A stretch of 52,711 nt of DNA from Streptosporangiaceae bacterium (GCA_035509195.1 DATJLT010000164.1:1-52711); one strand, 5' to 3'. Shown: positions 9,576 to 19,717, counted from the first letter of the stretch. Notes: generated from the sequence alone by a model not told the origin. Numbers and translations are program-made.

Positions 9576-9727
9576 GAGCGTGAACCTTCGTTGCTAGCGC
9601 GGACCAGGTCCGCGGCGTGGCCGTCAGGCAGCGCCTTGCTGAAGGCCGCGCTTGCGGCGGCGTTCCTGATCATGCAGCCGGCCGTGCCCGCGCCGAGGAC
9701 GACGTAGTCGTAGTCCACCTGGCGCAC
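9572..9727 (-). pseudogene. possible remnant of an FAD/NAD(P)-binding oxidoreductase (Rossmann N-terminus only)
   Basis: Within track ORF 9572..9970, only the last ~50 codons look protein-like: VRQVDYDYVVLGAGTAGCMIRNAA (GxGxxG dinucleotide fold). It terminates 30 residues later. The upstream part of that ORF overlaps the permease start region. The TGA overlaps the GNAT ATG (ATGA). Confidence 0.3.
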
Positions 9728-9899
9728 CTCCCGTGGCAGCCTATCCAAACCGCCCAGGACACCCGGTACCGGCGTTAGTTGCAGAAGTAAATTCGTGCGG
9801 CCATTGCCACTAAATGTTGCTTGTTGCATGATGCGTACGTATCTAGCAGCAAAACGCCCACAGGGGCAGTTGCTTGTCGTGAGTGCAGGAGGGGGCCAT

Positions 9900-11345
9900 A
9901 TGACGGAAAACCTGGCGGCAATGGCGGGGGGAGTCCGGGCGCCGGAGGCCAGGCTCGAGCCAGACGCCATCGGCGTCGCTCAGGACACCGTCATCGGGAT
10001 GGCGAACGCCGCGCCCGGAGTGTCGGTCGGACTGACGCTGGCCGCGCTGGCCGCGGCCACGGCCTACGGCAGCGGCCCCATCATCTTGCTGACCGCGATC
10101 CCGATGCTGATCATCGCCAACGCTTACCGGCGCCTGAACCTGTGGAACGCCAACTGCGGTGCCTCTTTCGAGTGGGTCGGCCGGTCGATCAACCCGTATC
10201 TCGGCTTCATGACCGGCTGGCTGATGGTGACAGGCAGCTTGATCGGGACGGTCAGCGGCGTGATCGTGCTGGCGCCCTCCGTGCTGGCGATCTTCGGGTC
10301 CAACGCCACGAGCACCTTTGACAACGTAGTGATCTCCACGCTCGTCATCCTGGTCATGCTCACGATCGCGATCCTCGGCATCCGGCTGACCGCGCAGACC
10401 CAGGTCGGTTTCGCGGCGATCGAGTACGTCATCTTGATCGGGTTCGCGATCGTCGGCCTGGCCTTCGTGCTCGGGCACCACGCTCACACGGTGCCCGTTA
10501 CCAGCGGCTGGTTCAGCCCGACGGGAGTCGGCGGGCACGGCGACATGGCGGCAGGCTTCCTCGCGGCCGTCTTCATGTACACGGGCTGGGACGGCACCGT
10601 TTACGTGAACGAGGAGACCAAGCACCGCCGCGTGAACCCCGGCCGGGCCGCGATGCTCGCCGTGATCTTCCTCGCCATCATCTTCACGTTCGTGACCGTC
10701 GGCCTGCAGGGCGTCCTCGGCCGGAAGGCCCTGGCGGCCACCGGCAACGACGGCACCACGCTGGTCGCCGTCGCGCACGTACTCGGCGGCTCTGGCTGGG
10801 AAAAGGTGATGGCGCTCGCGCTCGCGCTGTCCGTGATCGGTTCGACAGGCACAGGCATCGTGCTGATCGCCCGCCTCACCTACGGCATGGCCAGTCACCG
10901 AACGCTGCCCGAGGTCCTGTCGAACGTGTCGCAGCGCTTCCATACGCCGGCCGTCGCCACCGCGATCATCGGCCTGATTCTCATCATCGCGACCTGGCTG
11001 TTCCTGCTCACCTCCTCGATCCAGAACGCGTTTTTCGAGGTCGTCGACGTCACCGGCATCTTGTACGCGGCGTTCTACGTGCTGACGGCGTTCGCCACGA
11101 TCGTTTACTTCAGGCGCCGGGTTATCGGCGACTTCTGGAGCGCGGTCGTGCTCGGCGTCCTGCCGCTCGCGGCCGCGGCCTTCCTGATCTGGCTGCTGGT
11201 GAAGTCGGTCATGTCGGCGTCTGGCATTGAGGACTGGACGATGATCATCGTGCTGGTCGTCGGCGTGATCCTGCTGTTCATCGCCAGGTTCGGCCTTCGC
11301 TCCTCGTTCTTCAGGCTGCCTAGGGAAAGCGACGCGGGCGCCTGA
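9900..11345 (+). CDS. APC-superfamily amino-acid permease
   Basis: About 12 predicted TM segments and typical APC composition. Start set at ATG 9900, preceded by GCAGGAGGGGG (RBS), rather than the track start at 9795. Confidence 0.85.
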   Translation: MTENLAAMAGGVRAPEARLEPDAIGVAQDTVIGMANAAPGVSVGLTLAALAAATAYGSGPIILLTAIPMLIIANAYRRLNLWNANCGASFEWVGRSINPYLGFMTGWLMVTGSLIGTVSGVIVLAPSVLAIFGSNATSTFDNVVISTLVILVMLTIAILGIRLTAQTQVGFAAIEYVILIGFAIVGLAFVLGHHAHTVPVTSGWFSPTGVGGHGDMAAGFLAAVFMYTGWDGTVYVNEETKHRRVNPGRAAMLAVIFLAIIFTFVTVGLQGVLGRKALAATGNDGTTLVAVAHVLGGSGWEKVMALALALSVIGSTGTGIVLIARLTYGMASHRTLPEVLSNVSQRFHTPAVATAIIGLILIIATWLFLLTSSIQNAFFEVVDVTGILYAAFYVLTAFATIVYFRRRVIGDFWSAVVLGVLPLAAAAFLIWLLVKSVMSASGIEDWTMIIVLVVGVILLFIARFGLRSSFFRLPRESDAGA

Positions 11346-11349
11346 CCCG

Positions 11350-13521
11350 TCAGCTCCCTGCGATGTTGGTGAGGCTTTCCCTGGCGGCGGCGGTAAGGGA
11401 GTCGCCAGGGGCGAGGATGCGCTCGCAGCGCTCGACGGTGTCGCGGAGCATGTTGGTGGCGTCGCCCAGGCGGCCGACGGCATAAAGCGCGTGGGCGAGG
11501 TGTACCTTCCTGGCCAGGGTGTCCGGGTGATCGACGCCCAGGATCCGCACTGAGTCCTCGCAGGACTCCTCGTATAGCCGCAGTGCGGTGGCCATCCGCC
11601 CGGCCGAGTGGTGCGCGGCGGCGAGCCGGTCCCTTGCCTCGATCGTCCCTGGGTGAACCGGGCCAAGCGCTTGCTCGCGACCGGAAACGACGCGTTTGTA
11701 CTGTGCGAGTGCTTCCTTGAACCTCTTCGATGCGAGGTAGACGTCGCCGAGTTTCTGTGCGCTTTCCAGGGTCTGCGGGTCGGACTGGCCCTGTACCCGC
11801 TCCCGCTCGCCGAGTACCCGCCGGTACAAGCGGATGCTGTCGTTGGTCTCGCCCGCGGCCTGGCAGGCGTCCGCGAGGGCACTGAGCGCCTCGAGCGTGT
11901 CCAGGCTGCTCGGACCGTGAACCTGATCGCTGATGCGGTACACGCGGTCGAGCACGGTCGCGGCGTCCCTCGGACGTCCCGCCGCGATCAGCGCGCGGCC
12001 AAGTCTTACCTGGAACGCGATCGTCGCCGGGTGGTCCTCCCCGAGTTGCGCGGTCCGGTCGGAAAGCACTCGCTGGAACCACGGCATCGCCTCGGCGGCC
12101 CGGCCCGCGGCGAGGAAGGCGGCCGCGAGGTGATCACTGGCAGCCAGCGAGTCTGGGTGACCAGGCCCGAGGAAGCGGTCGCTGGCGGCGGCGACCTGAT
12201 TCCAGTGCGGCGCCGCGAGCGCGCTCAGGTGCGCGTCTTCCATGCTCTGCCCGAGCTTGAACGCCAGCCGGTAGGCCGAACTGGCCCAGAGCCGGTCACC
12301 GGCCAGGCTGCTGAGCGCGATCGCCGATGACCTGAAGCTGTCGGTCAGCCAGGACCTCGGTTCGTCGTCGGGCCAGGCTTCGAGCAGCGCGCCGGCCGCC
12401 ACGGTCACGGCGGCGTCGACGATCTCGGCCGGCGTAGCAGAGCGGACGGCAGCGGCGATCGCCGAGTTCATCGTGACGACCGGCGGCTCGGGCGCCGGGT
12501 CGATGGTCAGCAGGCCCGCGCGCTCGAGCGTGACGACCGCGGCCCACGCCTGCTCGGGACTCGCCTGACCGCCGGTCAGGTAGCTCCGCGCGGCCGGCGA
12601 CGTGAACACGGTGCCTGGAATCCGGTTGAAGTCCAGCCACGACGCAAGGATCAGCATCGGCTGCACCGGTCCTACGCGCGAAATCCTGTCGGTGTGCTCG
12701 ACCGACAGGATCCAGCTGATCGCGGCCGTCGATGACTGGCCGCCCCGCGCTATCTGATCCAGCTTCCGCAGAAAAACGTCCTGGTAGTCACGGCAGGACA
12801 GGATGGAGGTACCGATCACGGCGCTGGCCTGCACCAGCGCAAGCGGTTCGCCGCCTAGGTGATCGACGAGGTCGATCGCGCCGGTGCGCTGACCGCGATC
12901 CTCGGTGAGGCGGTCCATCAGGTAGCTGAGTGCCTCACGGCGGCTGAAGCCGGGAACCCCGAGCACAGTGACCTCGCCTGGATCGAGGCCGACCGGGTCG
13001 GCGATCGTCAGCAGGGTCCTGCCGGTGTCGCCGGCTGGCCACAGGCCGTCAAGATCCCACGGGCTCGCCAGCCCGTCGAGCACAACCAGCCAGGAGCGGT
13101 CGGTCTCCGACAGCCAGCCGAGGAAGCGGGCTGCCGCGGAATCCGCGTCACCGGCCGGGTCGATGCCCATCGCGGCGACCGCCGCGGCAACATAGCCGGT
13201 CAGGATCGCGGCCCGGTTTGACGCCGTGATCCAGACAAGCAAGTCAAGCTCGCTCGCCTTCCACAGCGACTCGGCCACGTAAGAGGCGAGCTGGGTCTTG
13301 CCGCTCGGCGCGAACCAGTCGGGTCCGCCCTGGCCGCCTTTCCTGGCCGGTGCCAGCGCCAGCGTACGCCCCCGCGCCAGGGCCTGCCCAAGGCCCGGCG
13401 CGGACTCAAGCCGGCTGACGAAGCCGTCGGCCAGCGGTGGCACTAGCCCTGACCGGATCGGCCAGACTACCTGGCCGCCCGGCGAGCCGGCAGAATCCGG
13501 GGCCATGACTGGGTTGTTCAC
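11350..13521 (-). CDS. STAND-type (NB-ARC-like) NTPase with C-terminal TPR array
   Basis: 723 aa. P-loop-like FAPSGKTQLAS and Walker-B-like WLVVLDGL. The C-terminal half is repeated TPR_12-type units (HPDTLA..LA.AL...GR..EA..L...). Confidence 0.75.
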   Translation of the reverse strand: MNNPVMAPDSAGSPGGQVVWPIRSGLVPPLADGFVSRLESAPGLGQALARGRTLALAPARKGGQGGPDWFAPSGKTQLASYVAESLWKASELDLLVWITASNRAAILTGYVAAAVAAMGIDPAGDADSAAARFLGWLSETDRSWLVVLDGLASPWDLDGLWPAGDTGRTLLTIADPVGLDPGEVTVLGVPGFSRREALSYLMDRLTEDRGQRTGAIDLVDHLGGEPLALVQASAVIGTSILSCRDYQDVFLRKLDQIARGGQSSTAAISWILSVEHTDRISRVGPVQPMLILASWLDFNRIPGTVFTSPAARSYLTGGQASPEQAWAAVVTLERAGLLTIDPAPEPPVVTMNSAIAAAVRSATPAEIVDAAVTVAAGALLEAWPDDEPRSWLTDSFRSSAIALSSLAGDRLWASSAYRLAFKLGQSMEDAHLSALAAPHWNQVAAASDRFLGPGHPDSLAASDHLAAAFLAAGRAAEAMPWFQRVLSDRTAQLGEDHPATIAFQVRLGRALIAAGRPRDAATVLDRVYRISDQVHGPSSLDTLEALSALADACQAAGETNDSIRLYRRVLGERERVQGQSDPQTLESAQKLGDVYLASKRFKEALAQYKRVVSGREQALGPVHPGTIEARDRLAAAHHSAGRMATALRLYEESCEDSVRILGVDHPDTLARKVHLAHALYAVGRLGDATNMLRDTVERCERILAPGDSLTAAARESLTNIAGS

Positions 13522-13613
13522 TTATGCCCGCTTGGTAGGAATGAGTAATACTTCGGGGGACGCAAGCCCCAACGATACGGGTAATGAACTGCCCGCATGC
13601 CAGTTCGGGGATC

Positions 13614-16382
13614 TTATCCGTTACTAACGTTTGCGGCCGTCGCTATATCGTGCACTATGTCGCCGATACCGCGCACTGCACCGTACCTGCGCCTGATCAG
13701 GTCGGCGACAAGTCCCGTCCAGCCGGTCTGGTGACTGGCGCCGAGCCCGGCACCGTCATCGCCCTGGAAATACTCGCTGAACAGCAGGTTGTCGCGCCAG
13801 GCCGGATCGGATCTCAGCGGCTCTGTGCCGCCGAAACAGGGCCGGTGACCGTACTCGTTCGTGCGGAAGATGCCGACGAGCCGGTCGCAGAGATCCACGG
13901 CGATCTCGCCGAGTTCGACCTTGCGGCCTCCGCCTGTCGGGTACTCCACCATCAGCTTGTCACCGAAGAACCTGTGGTAACGCTCAAGCACGCTGATGAT
14001 CAGATAGTTGATCGGGAACCAGATCGGGCCGCGCCAATTCGAGTTGCCGCCGAAAAGCGGCGTGGTCGATTCTGCGGGCTCGTAGTCGATGGAAGCCTGA
14101 AAGCCTTCGACGTTGATCGTGTACGGGTGCTCGCGATGCCAGGCAGACAGTGCCCTGATCCCGTGCGGCGACAAGAACTCCGACTCATCGAATAGCCGGC
14201 TGAGCATCCTGGGCAGCTTGTCAGGACCCGCGAGGGACAGGAGCATCCGCTGGTGGCCAGCCTCCCCCTGGTACTGGCCGCCGTCGGCGACAGCCGGGAC
14301 CTCCCCTTGCGACTCTGTCACATCCTGGCCGGCGAGGAAGCTGGCGAAGCGCTTGCCGACCGCCATGGAGCTGTCGATCGAGCCCTGGTCGATCACGCCC
14401 ATCGCCAGGGCCGGGATCATGCTGGCCACCGAGTGCACCTTGAGCGATACTTCCTGGCCCGTCGGCGTGATGAGGCGGTCGTAGTACAAGCCGTCTTTGT
14501 CATCCCAAAGTCCGCGCCCGTCGAGCGCGTCCCTGATCGCGGCGAAGTGCTCAAGGAACTTCATGACCAGATCGGTGCCTGGACGCCGGCCGGACCAGTG
14601 CAAGGTCAGCGCCATCGTGGCCATGGCCATCGCGTAGAAGCCCATCCAGCCGGTGGCGTCAGACTGCTCGAGCAGGCCGCCGACCGGCAGGTGCGACCTG
14701 TCTATCGGGCCGATGTTGTCCAGGCCGAGGAAGCCGCCTTCGAACAGGTTGTTGCCCTCGGCGTCCTCGCGGTTAATCCACCAGGTGAAGTTGATCAGCA
14801 GCTTGTCGAAGACCCGGCCGAGGAAGTCAATGTCTGTGCCGCCGTCCACCGCGAATACCTCGAGCGCGGCCCAGGCCTGCACCGGCGGGTTCACGTCGCC
14901 GAAGTCCCACTCGTAGGCGGGCAGCGCGCCGTTCGGGTGCTGGAACCACTCGCGGCACAGCAAGATGAGCTGGTACTTGGCGAAGGCCGGATCGACGTGG
15001 GCCAGCGCCACGCAGTGGAAGGCCAGGTCCCAGGCGGCGAACCAGGGGTACTCCCACTTGTCGGGCATCGACATGATGTCGAAGGCGTCGAAGCTGCGCC
15101 AGTGGCTGTTGCGGCCGCTCTTGCGCTGCTCGGGAGGCGGGGGCTGAGCTGGATCGCCGTCCAGCCAGCGGGCGACGTCGTAGTAGAAGAGCTGCTTGGA
15201 CCAGAGCATGCCGGCGAACGCCTGGCGCATGATCATGGCCTCGTCCGCGTTGGCCGCAGGCGGGGTCAGCTCGGCGTAAAACTCGTCAGCCTCAGCCTTG
15301 CGCTTGGCGACTACCTGGTCGAACTCGGGGCCGAACGGGTCGGGGCCAGCCGCCTGACCTGGCTTGCGCAGGCGCAGCCTGACCTCGGCGGTCTTCCCTG
15401 GCATCACCGTCAGCCGGTACCAGGCCGAGCACTTCGTGCCCGTGCGGTCGGGGTTCACCGTGGCGGTGCCGCTGATCACGTGATCCCCGATCCCGTCCTT
15501 CGGATAAGCGGTGACGGGTTCGCTACCGTAAAGGAGAGCCGTGTTGGTCTGATTGTCGCAAAAAAGAAGTTCCGGAGACCTTCCGTCCGGGCTGCCGCTG
15601 GCTAGCAGCTCAAGATCACCGATGAACGGGTGGTCGATGCTGACGCTGGACGGGCCGCTCGCTTTCAGCGCCGGGCGCGGAGCGCCTTCCTCCCACGACC
15701 AGGTGTCGCGCAGCCAGGCGGTCGGCAGGACGTCGAGCGTGGCCTCGTCGGGGCCCGCATTGGTGACCTGGACCTGCATGAGGATGTCGTCGGGGCCTGC
15801 CTTGACGTAATGAACCTCGACGATCCAGAACCTGTTGTCGTCGAAGGCGCCGGTGTCGAGCAGTTCGTACTCGGGCTCCTCCCTGTTGCGTGAGCCGTTC
15901 TCGCTGATCAGGTCGGCGTAGGGGAACTCGCTTTGCGGGTAGTGGTAACGCCAGCGGTTCCAGGTGTGGCTGGGGGTGGCGTCGAGGTACCACCAGTACT
16001 CCTTGACGTCCTCGCCGTGGTTGCCCTGCGTGCTGGTCAGGCCGAACAAGCGCTCCTTGAGTATCGGGTCCTTGCCATTCCACAGGGCAAGGCCCAGGCA
16101 AAGGCGCTGCTCGATGTCGCAGAAGCCGGCGAGGCCGTCCTCGCCCCAGCGGTAGGCGTAGGACCTGGCGTTGTCGTGGGTGATGTAGTTCCAGGCGTCG
16201 CCGTCGGCGCTGTAGTCCTCGCGTACCGTGCCCCACTGGCGTTCGCTGACGTAAGGCCCCCAGCGATACCAGTCGCCCGCCTTCTTCAGGCCGTACTCGA
16301 GGCGGCCGAAGCTCTTGACCCGATCGCTTTCCGCGCCCACACTGACCCCCTCGTCATACTGCCCTGGCCGGTCGTGCCGCAT
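13614..16382 (-). CDS. GH63-like (MGH1 / mannosylglycerate-hydrolase-type) glucosidase
   Basis: 922 aa. The N-terminal [29 protein letters not shown]...[25 protein letters not shown] is characteristic of the large bacterial GH63-related glucosidases. Confidence 0.8.
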   Translation of the reverse strand: MRHDRPGQYDEGVSVGAESDRVKSFGRLEYGLKKAGDWYRWGPYVSERQWGTVREDYSADGDAWNYITHDNARSYAYRWGEDGLAGFCDIEQRLCLGLALWNGKDPILKERLFGLTSTQGNHGEDVKEYWWYLDATPSHTWNRWRYHYPQSEFPYADLISENGSRNREEPEYELLDTGAFDDNRFWIVEVHYVKAGPDDILMQVQVTNAGPDEATLDVLPTAWLRDTWSWEEGAPRPALKASGPSSVSIDHPFIGDLELLASGSPDGRSPELLFCDNQTNTALLYGSEPVTAYPKDGIGDHVISGTATVNPDRTGTKCSAWYRLTVMPGKTAEVRLRLRKPGQAAGPDPFGPEFDQVVAKRKAEADEFYAELTPPAANADEAMIMRQAFAGMLWSKQLFYYDVARWLDGDPAQPPPPEQRKSGRNSHWRSFDAFDIMSMPDKWEYPWFAAWDLAFHCVALAHVDPAFAKYQLILLCREWFQHPNGALPAYEWDFGDVNPPVQAWAALEVFAVDGGTDIDFLGRVFDKLLINFTWWINREDAEGNNLFEGGFLGLDNIGPIDRSHLPVGGLLEQSDATGWMGFYAMAMATMALTLHWSGRRPGTDLVMKFLEHFAAIRDALDGRGLWDDKDGLYYDRLITPTGQEVSLKVHSVASMIPALAMGVIDQGSIDSSMAVGKRFASFLAGQDVTESQGEVPAVADGGQYQGEAGHQRMLLSLAGPDKLPRMLSRLFDESEFLSPHGIRALSAWHREHPYTINVEGFQASIDYEPAESTTPLFGGNSNWRGPIWFPINYLIISVLERYHRFFGDKLMVEYPTGGGRKVELGEIAVDLCDRLVGIFRTNEYGHRPCFGGTEPLRSDPAWRDNLLFSEYFQGDDGAGLGASHQTGWTGLVADLIRRRYGAVRGIGDIVHDIATAANVSNG

Positions 16383-16423
16383 GCTATAGGACGGACCGGA
16401 ATTTCGGCAGGAAGGCGGACTTC

Positions 16424-17656
16424 ATGGGCGGACTGAGTCCTGAGGTGGACCCGGCGGCGGTCGGGCTTGATGCCACTCGGCTGTCGCGGCTAAAGTCACA
16501 TTTCGCTGCTTACGTGGATGACGGGCGGCTGCCAGGCTTCCTGATAACCGTGAGCCGCGGCGGCAAGCTGGCTTACGTCGCCGAGTACGGGTGCCGCGAC
16601 GCCGAAGCCGGCCTGCCGGTCACGACCGACACGATCTGGCGCATTTACTCGATGAGCAAGCCAGTGACCTCGGTCGCCGCGATGTGCCTGTACGAGGACG
16701 GCGCGTTCGAGCTGACCGACCCCGTGAGCAAGTTCATCCCTTCTTTCGCTGATGTCCGGGTGTTCGCGGGAGGATCGGACATCAGGTGCGTGACCGTTCC
16801 CGCCGTTGAACCGGTGCGGATCTGGCACTTGCTCACGCACACGTCAGGGCTTACGTACGGCTTCCACCGCTCTCATCCGGTCGACGCCATGTACCGGGCG
16901 GCCGGGTTTGAGTGGGGCACGCCAAGGAGGACCGACCTCGCCGCCAACTGCGACCGCTGGGCGTCGCTGCCGCTGCTGTTCCAGCCAGGGTCCGAGTGGA
17001 ACTACTCGGTCTCCACCGATGTGCTCGGGCGGGTCATCGAGGTCGCCTCTGGCATGGCGCTCGACTCGTTTTTCCAGCAGCGGATCTTCGGGCCGCTCGG
17101 GATGACCGAGACGGGGTTCTTCGTCGGTCCTGGTGAGCGGGAGCGGCTCGCCGCGCTTTACGGGGTCGGCCCCAGGCGGAAGGCGGTCAGGCTGGATGCG
17201 ATGGGGTACGTGGCCGATCACCGGCCCACGTTCCTCGGCGGGGGCGGCGGGCTGCTCTCGACCGCCTCCGACTACCTGCGGTTCACCTCGATGCTGCTCG
17301 GGGAAGGTTCGCTTGACGGTGTGCGGGTGCTGAGCCCGCGCACGGTGTCTTTCATGCTCTCCAATCAGCTTCCCGGCGGGGCTGACCTGGAGAGTTTCGG
17401 GCGGGCCTTGTTCGCGGAGTCGCCGTTCCGAGGCGTGGGGTTCGGGCTGGGGTTCGCCGTGGTGCTTAACCCCGCTTCAGGGAAGATCCTGACCGGTGCG
17501 GGTGAGGCGTCGTGGGGCGGGGCGGCCAGTACCGCGTTCTTCGTTGACCGTGCGGCAGGGCTGAACGTGTCGTTCTTCACCCAGTTGCTGCCGTCGAGCG
17601 CGCACCCGATCAGGTCGCAGTTGCGGCAACTCGTCTACCAGGCGCTGACGGATTAG
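16424..17656 (+). CDS. serine hydrolase (class C beta-lactamase / DD-peptidase fold)
   Basis: 410 aa with the S-x-x-K motif in IYSMSKPVTS and the typical LLTHTSGL segment. Confidence 0.85.
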   Translation: MGGLSPEVDPAAVGLDATRLSRLKSHFAAYVDDGRLPGFLITVSRGGKLAYVAEYGCRDAEAGLPVTTDTIWRIYSMSKPVTSVAAMCLYEDGAFELTDPVSKFIPSFADVRVFAGGSDIRCVTVPAVEPVRIWHLLTHTSGLTYGFHRSHPVDAMYRAAGFEWGTPRRTDLAANCDRWASLPLLFQPGSEWNYSVSTDVLGRVIEVASGMALDSFFQQRIFGPLGMTETGFFVGPGERERLAALYGVGPRRKAVRLDAMGYVADHRPTFLGGGGGLLSTASDYLRFTSMLLGEGSLDGVRVLSPRTVSFMLSNQLPGGADLESFGRALFAESPFRGVGFGLGFAVVLNPASGKILTGAGEASWGGAASTAFFVDRAAGLNVSFFTQLLPSSAHPIRSQLRQLVYQALTD

Positions 17657-17691
17657 GGGCGCAGTGGTCCGGGGTGGCAACCGCCCGAATC

Positions 17692-17727
17692 GCCGCACTA
17701 GCCGCACTAGCCGCACTAGCCGCAACG
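17692..17727. repeat. 9-bp tandem repeat GCCGCACTA x3 plus a degenerate fourth unit
   Basis: Read directly: gccgcacta gccgcacta gccgcacta gccgcaacg. It runs into hairpin element copy A. Confidence 0.9.
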
Positions 17728-17866
17728 ATGGCCCGCCGATGCTGTTGGCAGGTGGATGCGAGCAGCAACGATGCCTATTTGATGCGGTACGGGTGACATC
17801 GTTGGCCCGCTGATGCTGTAGGCCATGGGTTCCTCAGCAGCAACGTTGGCCCGCTGATGTTGTTTG
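17719..17866 (-). repeat. composite four-hairpin intergenic element, copy A
   Basis: Four units of the type CAGCA(A/T)CG-N8-11-(C/T)GATGCTG. Colinear with copy D in the same orientation, for example cctatttgatgcggtacgggtgacatcgttgg versus gctacttgatgcggttcccgcgacatcgctgg. Lies between convergent gene ends (17656 / 17874). Confidence 0.7.
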
Positions 17867-17873
17867 AGTAGCT

Positions 17874-18575
17874 TCAGGCGGTCGGGCCGCGGGTGGAGCG
17901 GTGGGCGCCGGCCGGGCGGCCTGAAGTGACCTTGGCCTCGGCGGGAGCCGGGATCTCCTCGGTGCCGGGCGCCTGTGCCAGTGCCTGCTGCCGGCGGGCG
18001 TCCCTCCTCCTGCCGAGCAGCCAGTGCCCGACGAGGGCCAGGACGAACAGCACGATCAGGGCGACGCCGATCAGCGAGAAGGAGTGGAACAGCTTCGTCA
18101 TCGTGCTGCCGACCGAGTAGCCGAGCATGCTGAGTGCCGTGGCCCAGATCGCCGTTCCGATCAGGCCGAAGATCGCGAACGGAGTGAACGGCACTTCGAC
18201 GATGCCCGCGCCGAGCGAGGCGAAGCACCTGACCAGGGGAAGCAGCCGGGCGACGGCAACCGTCCAGGTACCGCGGCCGGCGAAGAAGCGCTCTGCCCGG
18301 TCGAGGTCGGAGTGGCTCACCAGCACGAACCTGCCGTACTTGTCGATGAACTGGTGACCGCTGCGACGCCCGATCCAGTACGAGGTCAAGGAGCCGCCCA
18401 TCTCTGCCAGCGTCCCGATGACGATGACCAGGACCAGGCTGAACTGGTGATGAGTGGCTGCCAGCGCGCCCGCCGTGGCGAAGGTGATCTCCGAGGAGAT
18501 GGGAATGCTGCACGCCTCGACGAACCCGAAGATGATCAGCGCCAGGTAGCCGTAGCTGGTCAGAAAGTGCTCCAT
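17874..18575 (-). CDS. DedA-family membrane protein
   Basis: 233 aa. YGYLALIIFGFVEACSIPISSEITF and RFFAGRGTWTVAVARLLPLVRCF are DedA/SNARE-associated signatures. Confidence 0.85.
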   Translation of the reverse strand: MEHFLTSYGYLALIIFGFVEACSIPISSEITFATAGALAATHHQFSLVLVIVIGTLAEMGGSLTSYWIGRRSGHQFIDKYGRFVLVSHSDLDRAERFFAGRGTWTVAVARLLPLVRCFASLGAGIVEVPFTPFAIFGLIGTAIWATALSMLGYSVGSTMTKLFHSFSLIGVALIVLFVLALVGHWLLGRRRDARRQQALAQAPGTEEIPAPAEAKVTSGRPAGAHRSTRGPTA

Positions 18576-18667
18576 GCGGAAAGTTCTACAGCATCCCAGC
18601 CAGTGCCTTCGCCGCAGTACCGGAAAACTAGCGAGTACTTAACGTTTCGGTGGCGGCGAGATAAGCA

Positions 18668-18705
18668 TGTGCCCCGCCTCCCACGGGGGCAGGAGGCGGG
18701 GCACA
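18668..18705 (-). terminator. strong GC hairpin (14-bp stem, 10-nt loop), possible intrinsic terminator or attenuator
   Basis: tgtgccccgcctcc-cacgggggca-ggaggcggggcaca is a perfect 14-bp stem. It lies about 205 nt downstream of the 18911 stop and upstream of dedA. There is no U-tract, so function is uncertain. Confidence 0.35.
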
Positions 18706-18910
18706 GCATGCGCGGCGTGGCCCTGGGGGGTGGGGCCCCTTGCCGCGGGTCCGCAGTTGGCCGTTGGGGGGAACGACCGGTGCGGGGGGTTAGGCCGGCG
18801 GGGGGGGCCGGCCATCAGAGTCACTGTGTTTAACGTCCTGGTCACACGTTTGCATTCCGATAGGACAAGGTGATGCGGGTCACGACCTGTACATCACTGT
18901 CTGTCCGTAA

Positions 18911-19717
18911 TCAGTACATGTGCCGGGTGACCGCGCTCACAAGGCTCGCGGCCTGGGCTTCCCACCTGGCGTAGGCGGTGGGAAAGCCTGAGGCCTGCAC
19001 GCCCTGGGCCGTCTGCCAGAGCGGCTCGTGCGCCCAGGCGGGGTTGGCGGCCTGGTAGTGGTGCAGCGCGGCGAGGAACGCATCGGTGGCGTAGGCCGGG
19101 TGCAGGATCTGGCTCGCGGTGCCCCAGCCGCAGGATGGGCGCTGCTGGAACAGGCCAAGCGAGTCACGGTCGCCGTAGTTGATGTTCTGCAGAGTGGACT
19201 CCTGCATGGCTGTGGCGACTGCGATGACGGCCGAGCGTATGCCCATTTTCTTGTCGAGCGCCTGGCGCACTATGGTCGCCGCGTTCTCGTAACGCTCGGG
19301 CGTCATGGCCATCCAGGTCTGTGGTCCGGTGGTGCCGACAGGAGTGAGCCGGTCGGCGGCCGGCAGCGCGGTGTAGCCTGACGCGCGGCGGCCCGCGATC
19401 ACCCGCTCGATCGCCAGCCAGGTGTGAAGGCGGTCAGGCCTGGCCACCCGGCGGGCGGTCACGTGGCCGTGCGTGATCTTGATCGCGAACGTGGCGGTGA
19501 TGTGACGGCTGGCGGGCCTCGCCTGGTTGCTGCTCGGCTTGGCCTGGGCGCTGACCTGGACCTGGGTGGCCTGGGCAGCCGCAGGGCTGGCGCCGGCGCC
19601 GAGAGTGGCCGCCGTTCCTGCACCTATGCCGGCCAGGGCCAGCCCGGTACCCACGTAGGCGAGCTGCTTGCGGGCTTGATCGGGCAGCGTTCGCAGAACT
19701 CGGGGGGTGCGGGTCAA
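18911..19717 (-). CDS. secreted lytic-transglycosylase-like protein
   Basis: AVATAMQESTLQNINYGDRDSLGLFQQRPSCGWG resembles the SLT E-S...GLMQ catalytic segment. The N-terminal hydrophobic/Ala-rich region ends AAAQA. Start set at TTG 19717, preceded by GGAAGGA; the track ORF extends to GTG 19774. Confidence 0.6.
   Translation of the reverse strand: MTRTPRVLRTLPDQARKQLAYVGTGLALAGIGAGTAATLGAGASPAAAQATQVQVSAQAKPSSNQARPASRHITATFAIKITHGHVTARRVARPDRLHTWLAIERVIAGRRASGYTALPAADRLTPVGTTGPQTWMAMTPERYENAATIVRQALDKKMGIRSAVIAVATAMQESTLQNINYGDRDSLGLFQQRPSCGWGTASQILHPAYATDAFLAALHHYQAANPAWAHEPLWQTAQGVQASGFPTAYARWEAQAASLVSAVTRHMY

Noticed and set aside
9843-11882. 679-aa minus-strand ORF, plus similar long ORFs at 14253..15605, 35940..36974, 48156..49355, 50695..51681, 7274..8071, 25851..26585, 25947..26744 and 1857..2516
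   Set aside because: They are extremely Arg/Pro/Gly/Asp-rich. They lie antisense or out of frame to genes with clear family signatures. These are the classic high-GC open-frame artefacts.
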